Below are positions 27,962 through 40,615 of a stretch of DNA of 64,000 nucleotides, piece after piece. How positions within the stretch are numbered: position 1 is the first letter of the stretch; each line of letters begins with the position of its first letter. This stretch comes from Sphagnum compactum (Eukaryota), in the NCBI GenBank assembly GCA_965153455.1, contig OZ234493.1, positions 33,284,213 to 33,348,212 of the forward strand. The letters are read 5' to 3'. The notes under the pieces are model-generated. The model ran no database searches. It was not told the DNA's origin and saw nothing but the letters and a program-made list of their open reading frames with translations. The position numbers were made by a program, and so were the translations under genes.

Positions 27962-30900
27962 TAGCCCTTCATTGGAAATATGATATTTCTCTGAGAAGTT
28001 TTTCCAAAAAAGCTTGGTCTTCTTGTCAAAAATGATCTTTGGTATAGTTCCATACAAAGGACCTACATAGCAAGAAACAACTCCCTTTATTTTTACTTTG
28101 GTGTGATGCCCAACTATACCCAAACTACTGTCTAATGATATAGACATTCTATCAAAATCTGGGCGTACTCTACTTGAGCTTTTACAATTTTGACATTGAC
28201 ACTCAAGTTTTACAAGTCACGTCAAAGCTCTGCCACCACACTATGCATGTGCGTACTATAGTGATTGAGGTATGAAAAGTAAGGTTGATCACGATGGCAC
28301 ACAAGATTTGGCAAGTTTGTGGACGGCTATGATTTGAATGGGGAAACTTTTTAACACAAATTTTAAACCTTCTTGCTCCCCACCTAGCCCTTTATTTACC
28401 ACAACATGACATAAACTTGACCAATTTTATTTTTTAAATTGCCAGCTTATCACTATCCCACAACTATTTTTGGACTATTAGGGAGTACAAAAATTGCCAA
28501 AAGTGAACCGTTCAACCTTGCATTTACCCCGGGGAAGATGAGTGGTGTATTGAGGTCTCCACATTCTGTAAGTCAGCATTGTAGATGACTATCTTAATCT
28601 TATAGTTGATTACATGGTTATATAGTCAAATTTGTAGTGTTGGATAGAAGGTTGCTCTATCTTTGTTTGACCATGGACACTGGCTAATTGTAAAAAAATT
28701 ATTTGGGAGTTTGTTACATGATGAATGGCAGAGAGGAATGAAAGCAATGCAAGTGGACAATGTTGCTGAAAAGGCACTTCCAAGATTGTAACAAGAGGTG
28801 TGATGATTATGATCAATTCAAATAATTTTTGTTTTTGAAACTCCAAACATACTACAACATTTCTTTTGAAGTACATGACATGGGATGGGTTCAGCTTGTG
28901 TAATTTTGACTTTGATTACAGTAATGCAATGAACTACATATATGCCATCTTTAAAAAACCTATGTAGAAAACCATTGACAAGATGATGTGTATGTTTGTT
29001 GTTTGCAATTTTCAAACCAACATAGCAAAAGTTATTGATTTTAAAGTGACTTTTACCTATGGAAATTCTTTTTAAATTTCACAATTGAGTTTTTTGAAAA
29101 GTAATGTTTCATGAAGTCTTGGAAAAGCTTGTCTTAAATTTTTTTTTATGTCGTATCTTCCCATGAAAACTTTAATTAGGGTTTTCGAAAGAGTTGTATC
29201 CTTTAAATTCTTAAAAAAATGTTCTAAAAAACTATAACCTTTAGAGCGTTGAAGAGGTTTGTTTTAAAACCTCTTAATATATATTAAGATAAATGTTTCT
29301 TAAAAAAATAGCTTTCTTCTTAAGACCTCTGAAGTTAAACCCAATTATCATAATAGTATTAAAATGGTTGAACTTCCATGAAGTTTAATATACGTGAGGC
29401 CATAAACACAAGGCCTTGTTAATAGTAGCAAAATACATCAATTTAAAATAATGCAAAAAATGTCTAAATTATTGAATGCCAGAGTATACCATGGCAAACA
29501 TGTTAATTGTAATTGACATGAAAAAATTTCTTAAACAAATATTATATTTCCAATTGTTTGGAAAAAATGGTGAATTTATTCAATTTGTACAATTAACCTC
29601 AAGTTTCAACAAAAATACATTTAAAAATTTAGGTTTACTTTTTTACCAATGTTGGGTGGTTATTAGAAATGGAAATTAATAACCGGTAGTTCTTACAATT
29701 TAAGTTCTCAAAAATATCCAACCATGGTTTCCAAAAAATCATATAATTCATTTTTAAAATATGAAAACCAATTGTTGTATAATAAAGATCTTTGTAAAGT
29801 CACCCTATCTTTGGGCCTCCTTTCACCCCTCAACCCCTCTTTTAGTGGTATATGTAAAGTAAAGAAATTATATTAAATCTTAGTATGAAATGGTAAATCT
29901 CAGCATTTAATGCATAAGGTTCGAGAGGAATTATAGTAGTTGTACAATTAGGAGCAATGAAAATCTATGTAGCAGCAATGGAACCATTCATGAAAAGAGC
30001 CACTAGGGCCTAGTGCCCTCTGTTGGTGGGAGGAGGAGGCATGAGGATAATATGAAAAAATATGTTTAGTAATAAATTATTGACTTCATTTCAAAGTTGA
30101 AATAATCAAAGTAAGGAAATGTAAAATGGAAAATGTGGGATGAAGTTTTCCAACAATAGAAGACAGATTAAAAAAATTCACATGAAGTGATGGTAAGAAA
30201 TTAAAAAATGAAAAACATTTGAGACAAAATGAAGGAACTTTGCATGGTTTTAATAACTATAAGGTCATGGCTAATTTGAATTTAGCAACACTAATTGCAA
30301 TATTTCCATCAAGAATATTAGAATTGCTTGTATATTTTGGATGAAATTGCACAATAGGTTTGGAACTCCTTTTTTTCATCAAAAACTTGTAAGATGTATG
30401 ATGCACAATTTCCTTTGTGGTAATTGCCATAGCTAGGGTCATTGGCCATGAAACCTATGACAATAAGTTCACCTTAAAGGATTTTTGAATTCTTGTTGGT
30501 TTGGGCATTTCCACAATTTGTGAAATGCTTGATTATTTTTGCAAAATTGTAGGAACATGTTTGTATTGTGCATTCTTGGAAGGTAGATTTTCATTTGTAA
30601 CCTTAATTTCACTAACCAAACCAATGGGTTTCAAGTTACAATGAAACAAATGTTCAATCATAGGCTCAAAACTTTAAACTTCATGATCTTGTGCCTTGTT
30701 GCCCAAGAGGTTTATCACCACAACTAGGAATATTTTGCGAACTCAAGAGGTTTTCTATAGCATTCCACTTTTCCAATACTAGCAATGTGGTGGCTTTAAG
30801 CTTCAAGGCTAATGCATTTGAAGTGAGATATATGGGTGCTTTAATGCTTGACCTTGATTTAAAAGGTTACAAACTTTGTGGTAGGGCCTTATTGAGCTTT

Positions 30901-32322
30901 GGGTTGATATGAATTTTGCCAACGTCAAGAGATCCTGAAACATGACCACTGAAAGGTAGTTTAATTGACGACAAACTAGGGGCTAATTCAACTATTTGAA
31001 ATGTGGACTAGCAAATTGTAGAAGTGGGAACCTTAGGGTTTTCAAAGCACACAAAGGTTGTTGACATAATTGCATTAATTTAGTTTTTTTTGGTCTCTTG
31101 AAAATTAAAAACACATGGTGTAATGAATATGGAAGGCAGAACTTCCAAACATCTTTCCAATTGTCATAGATCCTCAGAGCCTATGACAAAAAAAAAAATT
31201 TCTTTGAGTTCTGTTTCTAGAATGGCTTTCATAAGCTTTTTTGGAAAACGTGAAGGTGCCTACAAAAGAGTGTTAAAATGATCACACGATTTCCAAACTT
31301 TTCAACATGGTTTCAATGAAACCCAAAAAGGTGCAAACGGGCTAATAGCAGCCATTGGTGCCCCTTTAGGTGACTACTTTTTGGGGAATATTCTTGGAAT
31401 ATTTTTGAAAAAAATCTTCAAAGAAATCCTTTAAAATCTTTAAAAGATTTTTTGTACTATTTTGTTAAGGTTTGTGTTAAAAATCTATTAGAAATATGTC
31501 ATTTTCAAAGTTTTCCAAATCCATTTACAAGTCTTTTTACTAAAAACAATGGCTACAAGACCTTTTACACTACTTTTGAAGGTCCAAATTTTAATGAAAT
31601 AATTTCATATTTTGGACATTTATAGAATAAAATATTACATTTGATAATGTGTAAAAAGAATTACTTATTTTCAAATTAAAATTCTTTTAAAAAAACTTTG
31701 GTGTAAAAAACATAAAATTAAGCAATGGTTACAACTGATTTTGGCTCTTAGTAACATGACTACACCCAAAACACCCAAAATCTCTCAAGATCACCAATTT
31801 CTGCTTGGACATCCCTACAAAAGAAAATCTCTAGAGAAATCATACTTGTTTGATGCACATAATGTCATCAATCATTAGTGGGGATGCTTTCATTTATCAC
31901 ACCTCTTGGAATGTAATCCTCAAATCAACAACATACAAAGGAAGAAATGACGTGTATATGATATTTTCATTATAGTGTGTAGGACTTGGAAAATAGAATT
32001 CACCTTAATAAAATTTTCCATAGATTTTCCAACACATTGTTTGCGTGGTCGTAAGAATCTCTTCAAAGGAAGCACCTTCTATAACCCCCAACAATCTCAT
32101 TGCATTCTCCAAAGACATTTTAAAAAGGAAGGGAATCATTAACCATGCATTCATTTACCTTTGCATTCAGTCACAAGGACCGCTGTTGTTGTGAATCCCT
32201 ATTCTTGAAACATGGTTATCTGAGCATGGTTCTTTACATGGGCCAACCTTGCAAAACATTACATGTTCTGAGCATGTCTTGAGCTTTTTTTGATAGTTTT
32301 TATGACCCATGGCCAATTTGTT

Positions 32323-32430
32323 TCCAAAGGCATTTCCCCTTAGATATCCACCAACAAAAGTGTTAGGGAATACCACTAGTTGAAAACCTTGATTTGCAGC
32401 CTTGGTTACCAACCTCTCCACTTTATCTAA
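32323..32430 (-). pseudogene. Isolated nitrilase (NIT4-like, CN_hydrolase) N-terminal fragment
   Basis: LDKVERLVTKAANQGFQLVVFPNTFVGGYLRGNAFG matches the plant nitrilase segment LDKAERL..EAA..G.QLVVFPEAF.GGYPRG..FG. The catalytic Glu of FPE is replaced by Asn, and no downstream exons are evident. Confidence 0.8.
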
Positions 32431-33174
32431 TGGGCAATGCATAGATAGATAAAAATGTAATGAAGAAGGGAGTGAGCGAGCGAAGGAAAATGGTACAATT
32501 TACCGAAAGTAGTTAGAATATTATAGAAGATATTAAAAGCCTACACCACAATAGCCTGAATAAATTTACATGAGACACTAGAAACTATGTTGTCTACAAG
32601 TAAGTCTTGTGGATGATGGAAATACAAGTTGTCCCACTTCAGGATTAAACTAAACCTATGAGTGGGCACAATCCAATAGTGCATGAAAAAAAGGTTTGTA
32701 AAAAAAGAAAATGTTCCAATCTAACACCAATGATGAAAACAGAAGCTAGCATTATGTGCAATGGTGAAAAGATCATTGCTAAACTCTTAGTCTTCTTTGT
32801 GTCGATCTTTTCTCATTGCTTGTTTGTTCACTTCCTTTCTTTCTTCCATGAGAGTCATAAGAGTGCAATAACTTATTAGGAAATGGGGTGATTAGTAGGT
32901 AAGGCAAAAGGTGTTACCCCAAGTGGGTTGTGCACATGGAGGAAGAAACGTGGCATACTACCATGTGAGAAGTAGATCTACCTGCAATCTTCCACAAAAC
33001 TTGGTAGGCAGAAAATCCTAACTTTTTGTTTTGTCACACTTGGCAGACATCTGTTTTCCATTGTAGCTCCCCTTTCGGCCTACCCACAAACTATGGTGTT
33101 CCGTTTAACACTCAGCTCGAATGTTTCATGAGCCTCTTCATTCACCTTCGTGCTCACCTGCCTTTCTTCCATAG

Positions 33175-33548
33175 CAATGGGAACAAAAGGAATTTGATGG
33201 GAATTTGACGGGAACATGAGGAATTTTATGGGAAGTCTTTGGGAACTTGATGAGAACAAAAGGATATTGATGAAATATTGATGGGTTATTGATGGGAACA
33301 ATAGGAATTTGATGAGAATTTTTTGGGAACTTGATGGGAACAAAAGGAATTTGATTGAAACTTGATGGGAACAGAAGGAACTTAATTGAAACTTGATGGG
33401 AACAAAAGAATTTTGATGGGTTATCGATGGGAACAAGAGGAATTTGATGAAAATCATTTGGGAACTTGATGAGAACAAAAGGATTTTGATGAGATATTAG
33501 TGGGAACAAGAGGAATTCAATGGGAATTGTTTGGGAATTTGATGGGAA
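33175..33548. repeat. Degenerate ~30-45-bp tandem array (gggaacttgatgggaacaaaaggaatttgat)
   Basis: The motif recurs about 10 times and explains the repetitive ORFs 33080..33478 and 33138..33680. Confidence 0.9.
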
Positions 33549-35059
33549 ATCACCCACCCCTTCAAAAAGATAATAAACATCCCTTGGGGGCATGTTTGCG
33601 CCACCCAATTGGCTCACCCTTTCAAAAAACACGAAACATCCGTGGGGGCAGGTTGGTGCCACCCAATTGGCGCTTCTCACATGTTTTATGTTAATGTATT
33701 TGTTTAAGGGTCAAGCTACAAGGATAGGTGCTTCCCATGTATGGAATTTGATTTTAACAAATTGCTTAGAAGGTAGGGAAAAAAAATTAGATGGAATAGC
33801 TCAAAAGGTGGGCAGGCAATGTGTGCGTGCATGTGCACATTTTATCTGCCTACCTCCCTTTTTGCCAGTGAATTTCAAAGAGCAGGCAGGCAGAACCCAG
33901 AAGAGAATCGTAGAAGACACAAAATTTTCAAGTGTCAAGATCTCACTTGAAATCGCAGAAAAGGATGAGCGATTTGGCCTCACCAGCATCCCAAACCTCT
34001 GGAAATCGCACAAAGCCTCCTCCTCGAAAAGAAAGACAGGGTGAAACTTAGGAACTATCAAAATTGATGGTTAAGAGCCCCCCCCCCTGCCCCCCCCCCC
34101 CCCCCCCTGGATGCTAATGTACTGTTTTGGGCCAAAGTGAACCAACACCCACCAGTGCACCAACATGGATGGATGGTGCACTGATAGGATTCTCTTTTCT
34201 ATCCCTATGCCATCCCAGGTTGACTTTTTTTCCTTGCCCTTTCTCAGCCCTGATCTCAGATTTTTTTTACAACTTTACTTTTTCCCCACCCCCCACCCAA
34301 TTTCTTTTTGTTTTTTTCACCCACCTACTACCCCCCACTGTCCCCCTCCGACCTACTCACCTATAAATTTAAAATGTGCTACTGTCATCTCCACCCACCT
34401 ACCCACCCCCCACCCCAATCTATTTATCTACCTACTTACCTTTCCACCTTCCTACCTACCAACATTTTAAGTAGGTACCTACCAAACCCCACCTACATGG
34501 CTACACCTACCTACATGGCTACCACTCCAATAGACCCCTAATGGTCAACAATGATGAGGAAAGAATAAAATGAAAGTATTACATAGAGCTTGGTTTTGTT
34601 CATTCAAACAAATAAATAAGGGGACAATTAAATTATTTGACACACCCTATATAAGGGTATTGCAAGTTCTACTTGAAGAGTGTTTTCCATGGGTGTATTG
34701 CAAACCAAGTGGATAATCAAAGCAATACATGACTCCAGTTCAATTTAAATGCATTTAATGTATGTTGTATTCAAGTTCATAAAACAAAATACCCAATGAA
34801 CGTGTAATATCCATTTTGGGTAACCCTAAAATAGTTTGGGTTCCATATCATATTTTCTCAAAATTGGAGAGGTATTGCGTAGCCCTAACAAAACTTAAAA
34901 GGAATGTAATTGGGTTACACTGTAACACCATGGGCTGAATTATTTTCGTCTAAGATACTAGAGGGGTATTGTTCATGTGTGGAAGGACTCACTGAACATG
35001 CAATTTTAGGGTATCCCAGAAATACATCAAGTTCCATAACATATCTTTTGACACGTGGA

Positions 35060-35587
35060 GGGGAAGACCTCTACGACTTCCGCGACTTTGGAGGCCCATA
35101 ACTTTGTTTGAAAACCTCTGATTGAGGTGAGGTGTAAAGCAAAGTTGTAACCCTCATCAAAAGCTTTCCAATAGTATGTGACACATCACCTGAACGCAAG
35201 GAAATTAGGGTGATTACTAACTTTTAGTCGTTGGGAGTCAAATTGGCAATTTGACTCCCGGCCCTTCTTTTGGCCATAACTTATGTTTTAAGTGCCCAAA
35301 TGGGTAATGCGAGCCCATTTTAAACATCTACGTTCCAATAGCTTTCCAATGAAATAAGGAACTCTTCAATCCAATGCTTTTTGACCCCTAAAATTGTCAT
35401 CTAAAGATTTGGGAGTCTATTGGGATTTCAACTCCCAAAGTGGGAGTTCACTTGGGAGTCTAGGGTTCATTCCCTCACACTCTCCTGCACTCTCAGGAGC
35501 ATGAAATGTGATTCCCGGGCTTCACTCTTGGCCCGCACCTTCGCTAGCCTTTACTTTGGTCGCAAGCCCAAGGTTTGGGTTGCGACA
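35060..35587 (-). mobile_element. Probable LTR-retrotransposon LTR fragment nested in the TIR element
   Basis: Higher-GC block that interrupts the GGTATTG-motif region and begins TGTCGCAACCC on the minus strand (TG-type LTR terminus). The opposite CA end and a TSD were not found. Confidence 0.5.
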
Positions 35588-36138
35588 AAAACCTTCATTT
35601 TAGTGATAATTTCATTACCTTTACCTAATGTGACTAACTTGATAATACCCTCATTTCTACCATGGTTTAGGATATTATCACAATATGGTGCGGGTATTGT
35701 ATTGCTTATAGGTTTTCGGTAAGGCTATGTAATACCCCTCCAAGTTCCAAGGTGAATGCAAATATCCCAAGATGATGCAGGTATTGCATTTAAAACTCCA
35801 TAACTTTGCTCAAATGGACTTTATAACATCAATGTGAAAAACGTTGTAATACCTTCATTTCCTTGAATCAACATGTCTAGCATCATATAATGAGCATGGA
35901 ATAAGTATTTTAAAAAACATTATTTTGTTTCATGGTTTACGATATTATCGCAAAATGATGCAGGTATTGTTTTCCTTAAAGGTTTTGCTAAGGGTATGCA
36001 AATACCCTTCCAAATTCCAAAAGATATGTATGGAACTTAAAGGTTTTATGGGATACCCTGAGAAGGTAGTACATGTGAATTGAATAGTTCTGGGCATGAG
36101 CAGTACCACTCCGATAGCCCAAACCAAAATAATTAAGC

Positions 36139-36680
36139 CCATGGTGTTTAAAGATTACCCCAAATAGGGTATTGTTTTCCTTTCAAGTTTTGGTTTAACT
36201 ATGCAGTACCCCTCCAAGTTTTAATATATATGTGATGGAGCCTAAACTATTTTTGATATACCTATAAAAAGGTATTACACGTGCATTGAATAATTCTGGG
36301 CATAAATAATATCCCTCCAACTAACATAATTCAATCCATATTGTTTATAGATTATTATCATGAGGGTATTACATCATTCTAGGTTTTGTTTAGGCAATGC
36401 AATACCCCTCCAAAAACCCATGGTGTTTGCAAATTACTCCAAATAGGGTAATGTTTTCCTTTTAAGTTTTGGTATGGCTATGCAATACCCCTCTAAGTTT
36501 CAATAGATATATGATGGAGCCTAAACAATTTTTGATATACCCTAAGAAAGGTATTGCACATGTTTTGAATAATTATGGGCATAAGCAATACCCCTCCATT
36601 AGCCTAAACCAATATAATTCAATCCATAATGCTTATAGATTACCCTCAGGGAGGTATTGCATTCCTTCTAGGTTTGAACT
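36139..36680. repeat. ~279-bp tandem duplication
   Basis: ccatggtgttt...caaatagggta.tgttttcctt...gatggagcctaaac.atttttgatatacc starts near 36139 and near 36418. Confidence 0.85.
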
Positions 36681-37479
36681 TTTTATTTTTGGAGGTAAAG
36701 ACATGTTTTTGGTTTGAATGCAAGATTAGAATCATTTTTTTGATAATTTCATTAAACATACATATAAAAATATGTGAGAATGTATTTTTCACTATTAACA
36801 CAAGATGATGTAAAATGAAAGAAAAAAAATTTAAACAAAAAAACATTTATGACATCTATTACAAAAATGTGCAAAAAATGACCAAGTCCAAAACAACCCC
36901 ACCCTAAAATGGGGAACATGTCATAATGGTTGTTTCAAAGATAAATTGCTAGCCTAAATCCTGAAGACCAAAACAATACCTTGATCAAAATTGGTATAAA
37001 CTATGGGCTATCTATATCACTACCAGAGGGGGATGGGATCCCATTGGCCCTCTTGTATCACGTTGATATAATTCCTGCATCATGGGCATGTCGTCATGTA
37101 AATACCTTGCAATTGCCCAATGCTACATCCACAACATCAGCCACAAACACCTCCCTAGTGGTCTTTCAAACCCTCCTAAAACAAACAACATAATATAATA
37201 AGTATTGCATATGAAACCTGAAACCTAGAATTCAAAGCAAATTAAATATGGCATTGTTAGAAACTTACTAACCATGAATCATTTTAAAATCATGATATCA
37301 TGTAAGGAGGCTAATTTCCTTATCCTAGACCGTCTTATTCGATGCAGACTTTTAATTGCACTTCATCCAAACACCTTTGAGCACCTTTACATACTCGACT
37401 TGAGTCGCTCAAATCACAAGTGCAAGGTCTTCATCACACTCCAACTTGGCCTACACATGAAAGGGATGGCCCCCACACC

Positions 37480-37890
37480 CCATGTAGTCATGCCAAGAAG
37501 CCAAAAGATGTGGTTAGAGGCTAGTTAAATAAATGTCGACCTAAGAACTTAAGGTGTGTATTGCAAATCAACTTGGAACTTATCCCACTCCAAGGTAACA
37601 TGCCTCTTAACCCTAGCAATTATTTTCTGCTCGTTACGACAAAACCAGGCCAGAGGGTTATTCAAGATGCGTTCATTCATGGCTGCATGATCTTGATGTT
37701 TTAGGCCCTCCTCCTAAGTAGATAGTCGTCCAGGCTTGTTTGACTCCATGGTCACATTGTGGCATGCCCACAAGTGCTGTACTAAGTTGCATTTGGTTGT
37801 ATAAAACGCATTGCACCCATCAACCCTACAAAAAAATTTGGGCCCGTCCCTTACCCAATGGACACCTTCTATGGCAACTGGAGAAGGGGC
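37480..37890 (-). pseudogene. Interrupted ORF relic with a C2H2 zinc finger, carried inside the TIR element
   Basis: FFCRVDGCNAFYTTKCNLVQHLWACH fits F-x-C-x4-C-x3-Y-x5-L-x2-H-x4-H. The frame continues through stops (...RLST*EEGLKHQDHAAMNERILNNPLAWFCRNEQKIIARVKRHVTLEWDKFQVDLQYTP*). Confidence 0.6.
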
Positions 37891-38747
37891 AACCACATCT
37901 GAAACCAAGGAAACAAATACAATAAACCTAACGTGAGAATTAATATTTAGGATGAAAGATATTTTTACACAATGAAGGTATTGCAATTATAGATAAAAGA
38001 TTAAACACACCATGAGGGTATTGCTAAAACCTAGTCTTGAAATTTGCATATAATGAGGTTAACCCTAAAGAAAGAACAATATTACCTACAAAGTTATAAG
38101 GTATTGCTTTGAAATTTAAACCAATAAAAAATGCCCCACCCACCTTTTCACATGGAGAAAGAAGGTGGGGCAAAATTTTGAAAACCACAATTAATGAAGG
38201 TATTACAAACACAAATTTGCCAAAAAATAACCCACCCATCCTCGCAAATAGCGAGGATGGGTGGCCAATATATTGTAAATTAAAATAAAAATATCACCTA
38301 CATCAATCTCAACATGTCCTATAACATGTTCATCTTCCTCTGGCATTGAAGCAAGAGCTCCATTCTTGCTCCATTTCATTTCAATAGTTTTTTGCAAGTC
38401 AACTTCAATTGTAGCAAAATTTGCTATGGAGGTTTCCTCAACCTCAACATTCACTTGCACTTGCTCCTCATTAACATTACACAGAGCCAATGCACCATCT
38501 TCAACATTCGCTTGCACGTGCTTTTGCATCTTCCATCCCTCCAAACCTCTTTCACTCATGACACCTCTCATGCCATCTACCAATTTAGTTGAGGCTTGCT
38601 CTTCTTCTCCAATAGTCCTTACTTTTTTTTGAGTTTGCATCGACCAAAGTTACAAAAACCACAAAGCAAAATAAAACAAACTTTCTTAACAACACCAGAA
38701 AACAAATAAGACACCCATCGAGCTTGAGTGACTAGAAGAAAAAAAAA

Positions 38748-40615
38748 ACACGACCATGAAAAGCCTAGCTTTTTGTCGTCATGCACTTGAGTGACCAAAA
38801 CAAAAAAAAGCACAATGATGAGGAGCTGAGCTCTTCGTCATTGTGTGCTTAAGTGACCAAAACAAAAAAAAGGATGATGACGAAAAGTTGAGCTCTTCAT
38901 CGTCATGCACTTGAATGACCAGAACAAAAAAAAAAAAACATGACCATGAGGAGTCGAACTCCTCATCGTCATATCTCTAGGACCTATAACATCTTATATA
39001 TAATTACAAACATGGTGTGCGTGCGTCCGTCTGTCCGTTTTTACCTTTTCGAAGTTACCTTCCTTTACCTAATTTACCTAAGTTACTTTTTACTGAGCGG
39101 CAGTTAGGAAGTTACTGAGCGGCAGCGGGGGGGCGGGCCAGCAGGGGTGGGGCGGGCCAGCAGGGGGGGCAGCAGGGGGTGGCCAGCAGGGGGGGGCAGC
39201 ACAGGTGAGGGGGGCCAGCAGGGGGGTGGACGGGCGGGAAAGGACCGGACGGGGGAGTGAAGGGAGGTGTTTTTTTTTTTTTTTTTTTCATTTTTTTTGG
39301 GTCCTCCCTCCTTTTCTTGGGGATGGCTGGAGTGGCGTAGCCACGGGTTACCAACCACTCGTTAGAATAAAAACAAGCACGACAATGAGCATCTGAGCTC
39401 CTCATCGTCATGGCCTTGAATGATCGAAACAAAAAAAAACACAACGACGAGGAGCCAAATTCCTTGTTGTCATGCGCTTGTGTGATTGGAACCAAAAAAA
39501 ACATGACGATGAGGAGCTAAGTTCCTCGTCGTGATGTTTCTAATACCTGTAGCATTGGAATGAAAAAAAATTAAAAAATGACAAGGAGCCAAACTCTTCA
39601 TTGTCATGTGCATGAGTGATCGAAACAAAAAAAAGCATGACGATAAGGAGCTGAGTTCCTTGTTGTCATGTCTCTGGAATTTGCAACATTGGAATGAAAA
39701 AAAAAAACACAACAACAAGGAGCCAAGCTCTTCATTGTTGTGCGCTTGAATGACCGGAACAAAAAAAAAAACATGACAATGAAAAGTCAAGCTCCTCGTC
39801 ATCATGTCCTTGGGACCTATAGCACTGGAATAAAATTAAGCACAACGAGCTAAGCTTTTTGTTGTCTTGGCCCTGGGGACTGACAACACTTGAACAAAAA
39901 AATAACATGACGAGGAGGAGTTTGGCTCCTTGTCGTCGTGTCTTGGGACTTATAACATTGGAACAAAAAACACACAATGACGAGGAGCCGAGTTCCTCAC
40001 TGTCGTGCGCTTAACTGACCCGTAGCACTAGAACAAAAAAGCACGATGATGAGGAGTTCCTTTGTCGTGGCCATGGGGACCTGCAGCACTTGAATAAAAA
40101 AAACACAATGATGAGGAGTTCAAGCTCCTCACCATCATGTCCCTAGGACTTGTAGCACTTGAACAAAAAAATGCACGACAGTGAAGAGCCGAACTTCTTG
40201 TCGTAGTGCATTTGAGTGATTTCCAACACTAGAACAAAAAAACACAACAACGAGGAGCTCAGCTCTTCGTTGTCATTGCCCCGGGAGCCTCCAACACTTG
40301 AACAAAAAACAAACACAATGACGAGGATTTGAACTCCTCACCATCATGTCCCTAGGACCTGCAACATTAGAACAAAAAAATGCACAACGAGCTCCTCATT
40401 GTTGTGGCCCTGGGGACCTATAGCATTTGAACAAAAAAAAACACAATGAGGAGGAGTCGAGCTCCTCATAGTTGTGTCCCTAGGACCTGCAACATTGCAA
40501 CAAAAAATTGCATGATGATGAAGAGTCGAGCTCCTTGTCGTCGTGCGCTTTAGTAACCTACAACATTGGAACAAAAAAACATGACAACAAGGAGCTAAGG
40601 TCCTCGTCATCGTGA
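38748..40615. repeat. Array of about 23 units of ~60-70 bp, each with a ~35-bp palindrome, a linker and an A-tract
   Basis: Inferred consensus CACGACGACGAGGAGC-CGA-GCTCCTCGTCGTCGTG. Linkers resemble cgcttgagtgacc or tccctaggacctgcagcact, followed by gaacaaaaaaa. Confidence 0.92.
38992..39361 (+). mobile_element. 370-bp non-autonomous Helitron with a G-rich core, inserted into one unit of the palindromic array
   Basis: Starts TCTTATATATAAT after A38991, carries a gtccgtctgtccg motif and the 3' hairpin GTGGC-gta-GCCAC, and ends CTCG before T. Removing it restores ggacctataaca|ttagaa, like uninterrupted units. No TSD. Confidence 0.85.

Noticed and set aside
33080..33680. 132-aa and 180-aa repetitive ORFs
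   Set aside because: They are translations of a tandem repeat.
38748..40615. CRISPR array
   Set aside because: The linkers are homologous to one another rather than unique spacers, the repeats are heavily degenerate, no cas genes are present and the context is plant nuclear DNA.
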